This document shows, in pieces, positions 50,068 through 60,506 of a stretch of DNA of 64,000 nucleotides (the first letter of the stretch is position 1; the number at the start of each line of letters is the position of its first letter). The notes below the pieces were generated by a model. That model did not search any database. It was not told the origin of the DNA and saw only the letters and a list, made by a program, of their open reading frames with translations. The translations under genes were made by a program, and so were the position numbers. This stretch comes from Candidatus Eiseniibacteriota bacterium. GTDB lineage: Bacteria; Eisenbacteria; RBG-16-71-46; CAVPCR01. The stretch spans positions 448,001 through 512,000 of the forward strand of contig CAWGMA010000003.1 in NCBI GenBank assembly GCA_963823555.1. Direction: 5' to 3'.

Positions 50068-50988
50068 ATGAGTGCAGGAAGCCGATACGCGCCGATAGGC
50101 GGCCAGGCGGTGATCGAGGGCGTCATGATGCGCTCGCCGTCCATGGTGGCGACAGCCGTCAGGCGACCGGACGGCTCGATCATCGTCCACAAGACGCCGT
50201 TCCGGTCGCTGTCGAAGCGGCTCAAGGTGTTCGGCTTGCCCATCCTGCGTGGCGCCGTCGGGCTCATCGAGTCGCTTCAACTCGGCTTCGGGGCGCTTTC
50301 GTTCTCGGCCGAGCAGCAGGTCGCCGAGGGCGAGGCAGAAAAGGTCCAGAAGAAGCGGCGATTCTCCTGGCTCGATCGCCTGGTCATGCCGGCGACCATC
50401 GTCCTCTCGCTGGGGCTCGGGCTCCTCATCTTCTTCTATGTCCCCTTGCTCCTGACCGAGCTCACCGGAGCGAAGAGCGGGATCCTCTTCAACCTGATCG
50501 ATGGCGCTTTCCGCCTCGCCATCTTCCTGGCGTATCTCCTCATCATCAGCCGGTGGGGCGAGATGAAGCGAGTGTTCCAGTACCATGGCGCGGAGCACAA
50601 GTCGATCGCGGCCCTCGAGGCCGGCGACCAGATGACGCCGGAACGGGTGGCGCGTTACTCCCGCTTCCATCCGCGCTGCGGTACGTCGTACCTCCTGATC
50701 GTGATGCTGGCATCGATCGTGGTCTTCATGTTCCTCGGCCGGCCGGACACGGTGATGGAGCGAGTCCAGCGCTTCCTCTTCATCCCGCTCATCGGCGGTC
50801 TGGCCTTCGAGCTGACCCGGCTCTCGGGCAAGTGGTCGAACTTCCCGATCATGCAGGCCTTCATTCTCCCGGGCCTGCTCCTGCAACGCATCACCACCAG
50901 CGAACCGACTCCCGAGCAGCTCGAGGTGGCCATCCGCTCGGTGCTCGAGGTGACCCGCGAATCGGGCGGGCGCATGATTCCGATCTGA
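50068..50988 (+). CDS. DUF1385 family protein
   Basis: [30 protein letters not shown]; typical rpmE-prfA context. Confidence 0.92.
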   Translation: MSAGSRYAPIGGQAVIEGVMMRSPSMVATAVRRPDGSIIVHKTPFRSLSKRLKVFGLPILRGAVGLIESLQLGFGALSFSAEQQVAEGEAEKVQKKRRFSWLDRLVMPATIVLSLGLGLLIFFYVPLLLTELTGAKSGILFNLIDGAFRLAIFLAYLLIISRWGEMKRVFQYHGAEHKSIAALEAGDQMTPERVARYSRFHPRCGTSYLLIVMLASIVVFMFLGRPDTVMERVQRFLFIPLIGGLAFELTRLSGKWSNFPIMQAFILPGLLLQRITTSEPTPEQLEVAIRSVLEVTRESGGRMIPI

Positions 50989-51026
50989 CGCCAGCGGCGT
51001 ACCCATCCCCATTCCCAAGAACCGTC

Positions 51027-52130
51027 ATGTCCCAGGAACACGCCAGTGAGCTCCTGAAGAAGGCCGGCGAGCTCGAAACCCGCATGCGCGAGATCGAGCA
51101 GAGCCTCTCCGATCCAGCCGTGGCGCGAAATCCGAACCGGCTCCGTGAGCTCGGCAAGGAACGCGCCGAGATCGAACCGGTGGTGACCCAGGCGGCGGCG
51201 CTGCGGCGCGTCATCGACGCGATTCGCGAGGCCGAGGAGCTGGTGCGCGCCGGAGGTGATCCCGAGTTCGTGGATCTGGCCCGGGTCGAGCTCGAGGAAT
51301 CTCGAGATCAGCTCCCGGCCAGGATCGAGGCGCTTCGCGCCCTGCTCGTGCCGCGCGACCCGAATGACGACAAGAATGCGATCGTCGAGATCCGGGCCGG
51401 GACCGGCGGTGAGGAAGCAGCACTATTCGCCGCCGAGCTCTACCGCATGTACCAGCGCTATCTCGAGGAGAACGGGTTCGCGATCGAGGTCATGAACACC
51501 AACGAGACCGGGATCGGCGGCATCAAGGAAGTGATCTTGATGGCGCGCGGGCGGGGGGTGTTCGGCCGGCTCAAGCACGAATCGGGAGTGCACCGCGTGC
51601 AGCGGGTGCCCGTGACCGAGGGATCGGGCCGCATTCACACCTCGGCCGTCACGGTCGCGGTGCTGCCCGAGGCCGAGGAGGTCGAGATCGAGATCGACCC
51701 CGATGAGATCCGGGTCGATGTCTATCGGGCCACCGGGCCCGGTGGTCAGGGTGTCAACACGACCGACTCCGCCGTGCGCCTGACCCATCTCCCGACCGGA
51801 CTCGTCGTCACGTGCCAGGACGAGCGCTCGCAGATCAAGAACCGGGCGAAGGCGATGGCCGTGCTCCGAGCGCGACTCCTCGATCAGCGCCGGCGTGAGC
51901 AGGAAGAGAAGATCACCGCCATGCGGCGGTCGGCCGTATCGACCGGCGATCGCTCGGCGCGCATCCGCACCTACAACTACCCGCAGGGACGCGTGACCGA
52001 TCACCGCATCGGCCTCACACTCTATCGCCTGCCCGAGATTCTCGAGGGGGATCTCACCGAGCTGATCGAGGCGCTCGCCACCGCGACGAGCGAGGGGCAG
52101 CTCGGCATGATCGGCGGGGACGACGAGTAG
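51027..52130 (+). CDS. prfA: Peptide chain release factor 1
   Basis: RVQRVPVTE (PxT motif), [24 protein letters not shown]. Confidence 0.97.
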   Translation: MSQEHASELLKKAGELETRMREIEQSLSDPAVARNPNRLRELGKERAEIEPVVTQAAALRRVIDAIREAEELVRAGGDPEFVDLARVELEESRDQLPARIEALRALLVPRDPNDDKNAIVEIRAGTGGEEAALFAAELYRMYQRYLEENGFAIEVMNTNETGIGGIKEVILMARGRGVFGRLKHESGVHRVQRVPVTEGSGRIHTSAVTVAVLPEAEEVEIEIDPDEIRVDVYRATGPGGQGVNTTDSAVRLTHLPTGLVVTCQDERSQIKNRAKAMAVLRARLLDQRRREQEEKITAMRRSAVSTGDRSARIRTYNYPQGRVTDHRIGLTLYRLPEILEGDLTELIEALATATSEGQLGMIGGDDE

Positions 52131-52168
52131 GCCGGCCCCCCCCGGCACGCGAACAGATCAGCTCCCAG

Positions 52169-54679
52169 CTACGTCCGCCGCACGATGACGACGGTCAGGT
52201 CGTCGGACAGCCCCACCTCCCCGGTGAAAGTACGGGCGGCTTCGATGATGCGATCCCGGATCGCGATCGCCGCGAGGTCGTCGGCCCGCGCCAGGAGCTC
52301 CTGGAGTCGTTCGTCTCCGAAGAACTCGCCGCGTTCGTTCACCGCTTCGACCACCCCGTCCGTGTAGAGGGCGAGCACATCGCCCCGAGCGAAGGGGACG
52401 CTCACTTCCTGGTAGGCGGCATCGGATCTCACGCCGAGGAGGAGACCGCCCGCGCTCAAGACCTCGATCCCCCCGCTGGCGCGCCGGATGAATGGCGGGT
52501 TGTGACCGGCGCTGGCATAGACCAGATGGCCGGTGACGGGTGAGATGAGCGCCATGGCGACGGTGATGAAGCGCCCAGGCTCGGTCGAGGCCAGCACCAG
52601 GTCGTTCAGTTCCGAGAGCACGTTGTCGAGGTGTCCCGGGCGATGGGTGTGGCCGCGGAGCCCGGCGTGGAAGTTGGACATGAGGAGGGCCGCGGGGACA
52701 CCCTTGCCGGCGACATCGGCGACCGAGACCAGGAGCCCATCTCCCCAGCGCAGGAAGTCGTAGGCGTCACCGCCGATCTCGCGGCTGGGGATGGAGCTGC
52801 CGGCGACATCGAGCCCGGGCACGTCGGGAACGGCGGTCGGAAACAGACGGCGCTGGATCGACTGCGCGACCAGGAGTTCGCTCTTCATCATTTCGCGCTC
52901 GACGGCGAGCCGCCGGCGGTCCTTGAGCCCCTGGGCCATGGTGTTGAAGGCGCTCGCCAGCTCGCCCAGCTCGTCGCCACGATCGATCTCGATGCGGTGG
53001 TCGAGATCGTCCTCGGCCAGGCGGTGCGTGCCCTGATTGAGGGCGCCGATCGCGCCATGAATGCTGCGCGCGATGCTGGCCCCGATCCCGACGGAGGCGG
53101 CTTCGAAGAGAAGGAAGAGGACACCGACCACGGCCAGCGCCCAGAGCACCAAGGTGTTGAGTGGATTGGCGGCCGTGTCGCGGAGGTCGCTCAGGAGGCG
53201 GAAGATGGGCATCTTGACCACGAGCATGGCGTCCTGCTGGCGGAGATTTCCCTCGCGGTCGATGGCGAGCCCGCGTACGAGCTGGGCTCCGGAATAGGCG
53301 CCTCCCATCTCGCGCTCGGTGCCGACAAGGGAGACCGGTGTGCCCTCCTGGCCCCCGCTGAAGCTGATGCGGAGCCCGCTCGAGCCGGCCTCGACGGTCA
53401 TCGAGTCGCTCGTGATCATGTTGAGCTCGACCTGCGCCACCCGCGCCGCGCCGCCGGCGCGAATCGAATCGAGCGCGACGAAGGCACGCGCGAAGATCTC
53501 GTCGCCGCTGCGGGCCTCCACGACGCCGGTCGTCATGTAGTGGCGCCCGCCGGCGGTGATGAAGAGGATCTCCGGGGTCGGTGGCAACGGTTCGCTGAGG
53601 GCCGCAACTTCCGGCGGTACGGCGGCGCGGGGAGCGAAGCTGAAGGCGAAGCGCGTGGTGTCGGGAAGAGCGCGCCGCGCGGCCATGATGAAGAGCGTGG
53701 GTTCCTTGAGGTGGCGGCCGATGAGGGTCTCGATCTCGCCGCTGCCGCCCGCCACCGCGCCGGAGTCTCTCTGGGCCCCGGCGAGGGCGTGATCGATCCT
53801 GGGATCCGCGATCAGGACTGTCAGCTCGCGGCGCATGTCCTCGCCCGGTGCGAGGAGCCGCGCCGCAAGACCGGCGCGGTAGCTCCCCATCGAGAGGCTG
53901 GCGGCGATGACGAGGGAGAGAGCGAGGAGGAGGGCAGGGATGGCGGCCACGAAGATGTAGGACGTGACGAGCCGGGTGCGGAGGCGGAAGCGATCGAAGA
54001 TGCGGCCGGGAAACTGCACGAGGAGCTGGAGAACGAGTGCGGCCGCGAACGAGAAGACCGCCGCCCCGGTGAAGCGGAGGACGATGGCGAGCCCGCCCGG
54101 GAGCGGCGGCAGGTGGCTCGCCGCCGCGCCACCCAGAGGCAGGGCGAGAAGCGCGGCTACGAATAGGCCGGCGCGCTGCTTGAGCCCGACCCGGCGATCG
54201 AGCCACGGCATGCGCAGGGTCACGGGAAGGAGAAGCCCCGCGGTGACGGCAACCGGGATGCCGCCGGGAACGGTCGTGATGGCGGCCAGGATCCCCACCG
54301 GGATCTTCAGGAGTCGCAGCCGCCACTTGCCCGAGCCGGGCAGCGTGAGCTCGGCGATGATCGCGGTCGCCGCGCCGAGGATGGAGGCGAGAACGAGCGC
54401 GGCGAGGAGCGCCAGCGGACGGAACGGCAGCCATGCGGCCACCACCGTCGTCACGAGCGCGGCCACGGCGAGGCGCAGGAGGGAGGCCAGCCGGGAGCTG
54501 CCGCCGGCGCCGGGGATGCCCGCTTCGCGGGCCGGGCGCCAGCCCCCGGCGGCGCGGAAGCCACCGCCGGCGGCCATGAGGGCGAGCGCGGTGATGAGGA
54601 GGTTGAGCACGGCGAGCACGTTCCCTTTCGCATCCGGCAGGGACACCGGGGCACCGGGCGCCGGCGCCGAACGCAGCAA
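52169..54679 (-). CDS. Membrane sensor with HAMP and SpoIIE/PP2C phosphatase domains
   Basis: Many TM segments, DELGELASAFN, GGDAYD, DVAGKG, AGHNP, YTDGVVE, DDLT. Confidence 0.9.
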   Translation of the reverse strand: MLRSAPAPGAPVSLPDAKGNVLAVLNLLITALALMAAGGGFRAAGGWRPAREAGIPGAGGSSRLASLLRLAVAALVTTVVAAWLPFRPLALLAALVLASILGAATAIIAELTLPGSGKWRLRLLKIPVGILAAITTVPGGIPVAVTAGLLLPVTLRMPWLDRRVGLKQRAGLFVAALLALPLGGAAASHLPPLPGGLAIVLRFTGAAVFSFAAALVLQLLVQFPGRIFDRFRLRTRLVTSYIFVAAIPALLLALSLVIAASLSMGSYRAGLAARLLAPGEDMRRELTVLIADPRIDHALAGAQRDSGAVAGGSGEIETLIGRHLKEPTLFIMAARRALPDTTRFAFSFAPRAAVPPEVAALSEPLPPTPEILFITAGGRHYMTTGVVEARSGDEIFARAFVALDSIRAGGAARVAQVELNMITSDSMTVEAGSSGLRISFSGGQEGTPVSLVGTEREMGGAYSGAQLVRGLAIDREGNLRQQDAMLVVKMPIFRLLSDLRDTAANPLNTLVLWALAVVGVLFLLFEAASVGIGASIARSIHGAIGALNQGTHRLAEDDLDHRIEIDRGDELGELASAFNTMAQGLKDRRRLAVEREMMKSELLVAQSIQRRLFPTAVPDVPGLDVAGSSIPSREIGGDAYDFLRWGDGLLVSVADVAGKGVPAALLMSNFHAGLRGHTHRPGHLDNVLSELNDLVLASTEPGRFITVAMALISPVTGHLVYASAGHNPPFIRRASGGIEVLSAGGLLLGVRSDAAYQEVSVPFARGDVLALYTDGVVEAVNERGEFFGDERLQELLARADDLAAIAIRDRIIEAARTFTGEVGLSDDLTVVIVRRT

Positions 54680-54718
54680 GGGGCGCAGTCTAGCACGCGG
54701 CGGGCTAGAATCACCGGG

Positions 54719-55576
54719 ATGAGCTCACCCACCGTTGCCACTACGCTGGCCGCTGCGATCGCAGAGCTGCGGGCTGCCGGCGTGCCCACGCCCGAGGTCG
54801 ATGCCCGCCTTCTCATGGGTCATGTGCTCGGGATCGCGCCGTCCGCCCTGCCGCTTCATCGCGATCGCCGTCTCGAGCCGGCCGCGGAGAGGGCGCTCGA
54901 CGCTCTCCTGGTGGCGCGCGCGGCGCGGGAGCCCCTCCAGCATCTGCTCGGCACGGTCGAGTTCCATGGCCGGTCCTTTCGCGTGGCCCCCGGAGTCCTG
55001 ATCCCGCGATTCGAGACCGAGAGCGTTGTCGAGCGCGCGCTCGCCATGGTGGGCGCCGGCCTCGATCTCCGGGTGGCCGACATCGGGACCGGCTCGGGCG
55101 TCATCGGTCTCACGCTGGCCGCCGAGAAGCCCGCGATCGTGATCGTGTGCACGGATCGATCTCCTGTCGCGCTCGCGCTGGCGCGCGCGAATGCGCGCGA
55201 TCTCGCGGTGACGGACCGGGTGATGTTCGTCGTCGCCGATCTGACTGACGCCTTGGCACCGGCATCGCTCGATCTCCTCGTGGCGAATCCGCCGTATGTC
55301 CCGACCGGGACGATCGCCACGCTCGCTCCCGAGGTGCGCGATCACGACCCCCATCTCGCCCTCGACGGCGGGCCCGATGGACTCGATGCGATCCGCGCGT
55401 TGCTCGGCGCCGCGCCGCGCGTCCTCCGCCCTGGAGGAGGGCTCGTGATCGAGATCGGCGATGATCAAGGACGCGCGGCGCGCGATCTGGCCGCAGCGTC
55501 CGGGCTCGTCGCGATCGATGTCCATCCCGACCTCGCCGGACGCGACCGCGTGCTCGTGGCGCGCCGTTCGATCTGA
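54719..55576 (+). CDS. prmC: Release factor glutamine methyltransferase
   Basis: EPLQHL, LIPRFETE, DIGTGSG, NPPY, ALDGGPDG. Confidence 0.95.
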   Translation: MSSPTVATTLAAAIAELRAAGVPTPEVDARLLMGHVLGIAPSALPLHRDRRLEPAAERALDALLVARAAREPLQHLLGTVEFHGRSFRVAPGVLIPRFETESVVERALAMVGAGLDLRVADIGTGSGVIGLTLAAEKPAIVIVCTDRSPVALALARANARDLAVTDRVMFVVADLTDALAPASLDLLVANPPYVPTGTIATLAPEVRDHDPHLALDGGPDGLDAIRALLGAAPRVLRPGGGLVIEIGDDQGRAARDLAAASGLVAIDVHPDLAGRDRVLVARRSI

Positions 55577-55770
55577 GCCGCTCGTCCGGATGACGAAAAG
55601 CCGCGCCCCACGGCCCGCGATTCGGTATGGTGGCGCCTGGCATCCGCGACGCGCCCCAGGCGCAGGAGGAGCCGCCGGACACCCCATCGAGATCACCACC
55701 CATCCAGCGAAGAGGAGAGCGCGTGAGCACGACGGCAGCGGTGTTCAAGGTGCCCCGTCTCGAGGTGGTC

Positions 55771-57024
55771 ATGGACAAGTTCGTGATTCAGGGCGGCGCC
55801 CGGCTCCGGGGCGAGATCCAGGTTTCAGGATCGAAGAACGCCGTCTTGCCGATGATGGCGGCCACCATCCTCACGCGTGGTGCCTGCCGACTGCGCCACG
55901 TCCCGGTGCTGCGCGACGTGTCGACCATGGCCTGGGTGCTGGGCGTGCTCGGCGTCGACGTGGCGCAGGAAGGCGATGCCCTTTCCCTCGATGCCACCGA
56001 CTGCGCATCGGTCGAGGCGCCCTACGAGCTCGTGAAGACGATGCGGGCCTCGATCTACGTCCTCGGCCCGCTCCTCGCTCGCTTCGGTCGCGCCCGGGTC
56101 TCTCTCCCCGGGGGGTGCGCCTGGGGTCCGCGCCCCGTGAACCTGCATCTTGCCGGCCTCGAGGCCCTTGGCGCCCGGGTCGAGATCGAGCATGGTTACA
56201 TCGTGGCCGAGGCGGATCGGCTCAAGGGCGCCCCCATCCATCTCGACGTCGCCTCGGTCGGCGCCACGGCGCAGCTCATGATGGCGGCCTGCCTCGCCGA
56301 GGGGACGACGGTGATCGGAAACGCCGCCCAGGAGCCCGAGCTGCCGGCGCTTGCCGATTTCCTGAACGCGCTCGGCGCGCGGGTCGAGGGAGCGGGGACG
56401 AGCACGGTGACCGTGCACGGCGTCGAGGTCCTGCATCCGGCCGAGGTCGCCGTGATCCCCGATCGCATCGAGGCCGGGACCTTCCTCATTGCCGGAGCGA
56501 TGGCGGCCGAGGAGCTCACCGTGACCCGCCTCGTGCCCGGCCATCTCAAGGCGCTTCTCGATCACCTGACGGCGGCCGGCATCGAGCTCGAGGTCGGCGC
56601 CGATCGCGTCCGCGTCGTGGGCATGACGCGCCCGCGCCCGGTCGATGTCGAGACCGACTTCTATCCCGGCTTCCCCACCGATCTCCAGGCCCAGGTGATG
56701 GCGATGGCGACACGGGCTCGTGGCGCCACGGTGATCAGCGAGGGGATCTACCACGATCGCTTCACGCACGTGCCTGAGCTCGTGCGTCTCGGAGCCCGCA
56801 TCGAGGTCGAGGAAGCCACCGCACGCATCAAGGGAGTGCCGCGGCTGAGCGGAGCCCAGGTCATGGCGTCGGACCTGCGCGCATCGGCGGCGCTCATCCT
56901 TGCCGGGCTGGTTGCCGAGGGCGAAACCGTGGTCTCGCGTGTCTATCACATCGATCGCGGCTACGAGTCGATCGAGAAGAAGCTGAACGCTGTCGGCGCG
57001 CGCATCACGCGCGTCCGCGAGTAG
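55771..57024 (+). CDS. murA: UDP-N-acetylglucosamine 1-carboxyvinyltransferase
   Basis: GSKNAVLP, LPGGCAWGPRP, PGFPTDLQ, DLRAS, HIDRGYE. Confidence 0.97.
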   Translation: MDKFVIQGGARLRGEIQVSGSKNAVLPMMAATILTRGACRLRHVPVLRDVSTMAWVLGVLGVDVAQEGDALSLDATDCASVEAPYELVKTMRASIYVLGPLLARFGRARVSLPGGCAWGPRPVNLHLAGLEALGARVEIEHGYIVAEADRLKGAPIHLDVASVGATAQLMMAACLAEGTTVIGNAAQEPELPALADFLNALGARVEGAGTSTVTVHGVEVLHPAEVAVIPDRIEAGTFLIAGAMAAEELTVTRLVPGHLKALLDHLTAAGIELEVGADRVRVVGMTRPRPVDVETDFYPGFPTDLQAQVMAMATRARGATVISEGIYHDRFTHVPELVRLGARIEVEEATARIKGVPRLSGAQVMASDLRASAALILAGLVAEGETVVSRVYHIDRGYESIEKKLNAVGARITRVRE

Positions 57025-57040
57025 CGCCGGAGTTGGCAGC

Positions 57041-57529
57041 GTGGAGAGCCGCAAGCCCGCGCTCCTGATCGGCGTGATCTCCGATACACACGGTCTCCTG
57101 CGGCCGGAGGCGGTGGCGGTACTCGCCGGAAGCGACATGATCCTCCACGCCGGGGATATCGGCTCCCCCGAGGTGCTCCAGGGCCTTCGCGCGATCGCCC
57201 CGGTGCATGCCGTTCGCGGCAACGTCGATACCGGGCCCTGGGCCGATCGACTCCCCACCTCCGACGCGGTCGCGGCCGGAGATTCCCTCATCTATCTCCT
57301 CCACGATCTCTCCGGGCTCGATCTCGATCCCCGCGCCGCGGGGATCGCCTGCGTCGTGTCCGGACATTCCCACCGTCCCGCCATCAGGGAGAAGGACGGC
57401 GTCCTCTTCGTGAACCCTGGTAGCGCCGGCCCCCGCCGCTTCAGGCTCCCGGTCGCCGTGGCGCGGCTCACCGTCCCTGAGGGCGGCCAATCCCCGGTCC
57501 GCGCCGAGATCCTCCGGCTCCCGGTGTAG
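57041..57529 (+). CDS. Metallophosphoesterase (YfcE-like)
   Basis: ISDTHG, HAGD, GNVD, GHSH, NPGS. Confidence 0.92.
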   Translation: MESRKPALLIGVISDTHGLLRPEAVAVLAGSDMILHAGDIGSPEVLQGLRAIAPVHAVRGNVDTGPWADRLPTSDAVAAGDSLIYLLHDLSGLDLDPRAAGIACVVSGHSHRPAIREKDGVLFVNPGSAGPRRFRLPVAVARLTVPEGGQSPVRAEILRLPV

Positions 57530-57750
57530 CGACCCGCCCCCCCGGACCGCCGCTCGGGGTCGCGACAGGTCGCCCGGCTGCGTACCCGGAGATGAAATAT
57601 GCGCCGGGGCGGCTCAACGGTATGGAGCTTCCGGTCGCGAACGGCTATCATTGAAGATGCTTCTTTTCTCCGCCGGCCGCACGCGTCAGGACAGGACCAC
57701 CCCCCAGTTCGCAAGTCGAGCTGAAGTCCGCACCGAGAGGATGGGAGATC

Positions 57751-60222
57751 ATGCAAACTGCGCTACGACGCACGATCACGTTCTGCACTATCGGGCTCGT
57801 CGCCGGGCTCGCGCTGGCAGCGGCTTCAGCTATGGCCAGCGACACTCCCCTCACCATCGATGACGTGGGTGCCATGGCCCGGCGGGGCGAGGTGGCCAAC
57901 GTGAGGACGATCGAGGTTCCGGGCACGTCCGCCGTGCTCGCCACCTGGGATGCGCTGCGCGGCAGCGCGCTCGTTCCCCATTACGGGATCAGCCTGGATG
58001 GACAGTCCCTGGTGCGGGTCGCCGAGCCCACGTACGAGCTCGGCCTCCGCTACGAGCAGTTCGACCCGCTCGAGAGAGTGCCCGCGGTCAGTGCCGAGCT
58101 CGCTGCCCGCCCCGGGAACCAGCTCTTCCTCGTCCAGTTCGTGACCCAGCCGCTCCCGATCTTCGACCGCCAGATCGCGGAGCGCGGCGGGATCGTGCGT
58201 CACTACGTGGCCCAGTACGCCCATCTGGTCGAGGCCACCCCGGAAGCGATCGCGGAGATCGCTGCCCTGCCCTACGTGCGCTGGGTCGGTCCCTACCATC
58301 CCGCGTACCGGCTCGATGAGTTCCTGCTCGAGCACCTGGACGATACGGAGCTCCTCCCGAGCCTGACCTACAACATCATGGTCCTGGCCGAAGAGCACAA
58401 GGCAGAGGTCGCGGCGCGCATCGAGTCGATCGGCGGCACGGTGCAGCGAGCCGACGCCGGCAAGTTCCTCCTCGAGGCGACGCTCACCCCCGCCGAGCTC
58501 CTCGCCGCGGCCGGCTGGAACGAGGTGCTGTTCATCGACCGCTGGGGGCCGTACGAGGCCGACATGGACATCGCCCGCGAGATCGGCGGCGCCAACTTCA
58601 TCGAGAGCGTGGCCGGTTACACCGGGCAGGGCGTGCGCGCCGAGGTCTTCGACGCGGGATTCAACCTCATCCACGTGGACTTCCAGTCACGCCCGCTCAT
58701 CACGCACGGCACGGTCAACAGCGACTCGCACGGCGCGTCGACCTCGGGCATCAGCTTCGGCGACGGCACCGGCGATCCGACCGCCCGCGGCATGCTGCCC
58801 GAGGCGCAGGGCATCGTCGCCGACTACGACTTCTTCGGTCTGAGCGGCGCCAACCGCTACACCGGCGCGCTCGAGCTCCTCGCTCCGCCCTACAATGCGG
58901 TCTTCCAGACATCGAGCGTCGGCAGCCCGCGCACCTTCAACTACACGACGATCTCGGCCGAGCACGACGAGATTCTGTTCGACGTCGATATCGTCTTCTG
59001 CCAGTCGCAGAGCAACGCCGGGAACCAGGATTCGCGGCCGCAGGCCTGGGCCAAGAACATCGTCTCCGGCGGCGGCGTCTACCATCACAACACCCTCGCC
59101 AAGAGCGACGACTGCTGGTGCGGCGGCGCCAGCATCGGCCCGGCGTCGGACGGCCGGATCAAGCCGACCCTCACCCACTTCTACGATCTGATCCGGACCA
59201 CGACCTGCTGCGGCAGCACCTCCTACACGCAATTCGGCGGGACGAGCGGCGCGACGCCGATCATCTGCGGCCACTTCGGCCTCTTCTTCCAGATGTGGTC
59301 GGACGGCATCTTCGGCAACACGGTGATCAACGAGGGGGACGTCTTCGAGAACCGCTCCCACATGACGACCGCCAAGGCGATGATGATCAACACCGCCGAG
59401 CAGTACGACTGGACGGCACCGGGCAATACCGACCTCACCCGCTTCCACCAGGGCTGGGGCATGCCCAACGTGCGCAACATGTACGAGCTCCGGGACAACG
59501 TCTTCGTGGTCGACGAATCCCAGGTCCTGGCCCCGCTCGAGGTGGCCACCTACCAGGTGCCGGTGGCTTCCGGCCGGCCGTTCCTCAAGGCCACCATGGT
59601 CTACTCCGATCGGCCGGGGAATCCCGCCGTGCAGACGCAGCACCGCGTCAACGATCTCGATCTCAAGGTGATCTCGCCCTCGGGCACGGTCTATTACGGG
59701 AACGGTGGACTCGTGAACTCGCTGTGGTCCATCCCCGACACGCCCGCCGATGACAAGAACACGGAGGAGAACGTCTTCGTCCAGAACCCGGAACCGGGCT
59801 TCTGGACGGTCGAGGTCCGCGCCACCGAGGTCATCCAGGATGGTCATCTGGAGACTCCGGAGATCGACGCGGACTTTGCCCTCGTGGTCACCCCGACGGA
59901 GCGGGAGAGCGCCGGGATCGGGTCCCTGGAAGCGGACGCAGGGCCTCAGTTCCGCCTCGCCGTCCTCGGCATGGGGGCCGGCGTGCCGGCGGCCAAGATG
60001 TCCTTCCAGCTCGCGGAGGCGGCGCAGGTGCGGCTCCGCGTGTTCGACGTGAACGGCCGGCTCGTGGCCTCGGTCTACGAGGGCGAGCTCGCCGCCGGTG
60101 AGCACACGCTCGAGTGGTCGGGTGTGGACGCGAACGGTCAGGACGTGAGTGCCGGGCTCTACTTCGCCCGGGTAGAGGCCGGCGAGCACACGGCCAGCGC
60201 GAAGGTCCTGGTTCTGCGTTAG
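57751..60222 (+). CDS. Secreted S8 subtilase with FlgD-Ig/CTD tail
   Basis: Signal peptide; catalytic D (VFDAG), H (SHGAST), S (GTSGATP); NDLDL domain; tail WSGVD...AGLYFARV. Confidence 0.88.
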   Translation: MQTALRRTITFCTIGLVAGLALAAASAMASDTPLTIDDVGAMARRGEVANVRTIEVPGTSAVLATWDALRGSALVPHYGISLDGQSLVRVAEPTYELGLRYEQFDPLERVPAVSAELAARPGNQLFLVQFVTQPLPIFDRQIAERGGIVRHYVAQYAHLVEATPEAIAEIAALPYVRWVGPYHPAYRLDEFLLEHLDDTELLPSLTYNIMVLAEEHKAEVAARIESIGGTVQRADAGKFLLEATLTPAELLAAAGWNEVLFIDRWGPYEADMDIAREIGGANFIESVAGYTGQGVRAEVFDAGFNLIHVDFQSRPLITHGTVNSDSHGASTSGISFGDGTGDPTARGMLPEAQGIVADYDFFGLSGANRYTGALELLAPPYNAVFQTSSVGSPRTFNYTTISAEHDEILFDVDIVFCQSQSNAGNQDSRPQAWAKNIVSGGGVYHHNTLAKSDDCWCGGASIGPASDGRIKPTLTHFYDLIRTTTCCGSTSYTQFGGTSGATPIICGHFGLFFQMWSDGIFGNTVINEGDVFENRSHMTTAKAMMINTAEQYDWTAPGNTDLTRFHQGWGMPNVRNMYELRDNVFVVDESQVLAPLEVATYQVPVASGRPFLKATMVYSDRPGNPAVQTQHRVNDLDLKVISPSGTVYYGNGGLVNSLWSIPDTPADDKNTEENVFVQNPEPGFWTVEVRATEVIQDGHLETPEIDADFALVVTPTERESAGIGSLEADAGPQFRLAVLGMGAGVPAAKMSFQLAEAAQVRLRVFDVNGRLVASVYEGELAAGEHTLEWSGVDANGQDVSAGLYFARVEAGEHTASAKVLVLR

Positions 60223-60250
60223 CATCGCGCGACCCCGCTCGCGGGACCTG

Positions 60251-60295
60251 GTGGCGCCGCGTGGCCAGACCGGCCGCGCGGCGCCACTTATTCTT
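60251..60295 (+). terminator. Intrinsic terminator
   Basis: GTGGCGCCGCGTGGCC-AGACC-GGCCGCGCGGCGCCAC followed by TTATTCTT. Confidence 0.8.
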
Positions 60296-60364
60296 GCAGC
60301 GCGCGGAGACGGCGATCGCCGCGCCGGCGCCCCTCCGGCTGCTGACAGCGGCCGCCCTGAACGG

Positions 60365-60499
60365 CTAGACTGGCTGGAACATGCGCTCGCCGAACGTGAC
60401 GCCGGAGCGGCGCAGATGAAGTCCGAGCCGACATTCCGGACCCTTCACGGTGATCCGCGCCGGGATGCGCTGCTTGAGAGGGTCGGACTGGGGGAGTGA
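60365..60499 (+). pseudogene. Remnant of the C-terminal helices of a TPR-containing signalling protein
   Basis: LDWLEHALAERD...KSEPTFRTLHGDPRRDALLERVGL; no credible start or upstream domain. Confidence 0.55.
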
Positions 60500-60506
60500 G
60501 CTGGAG

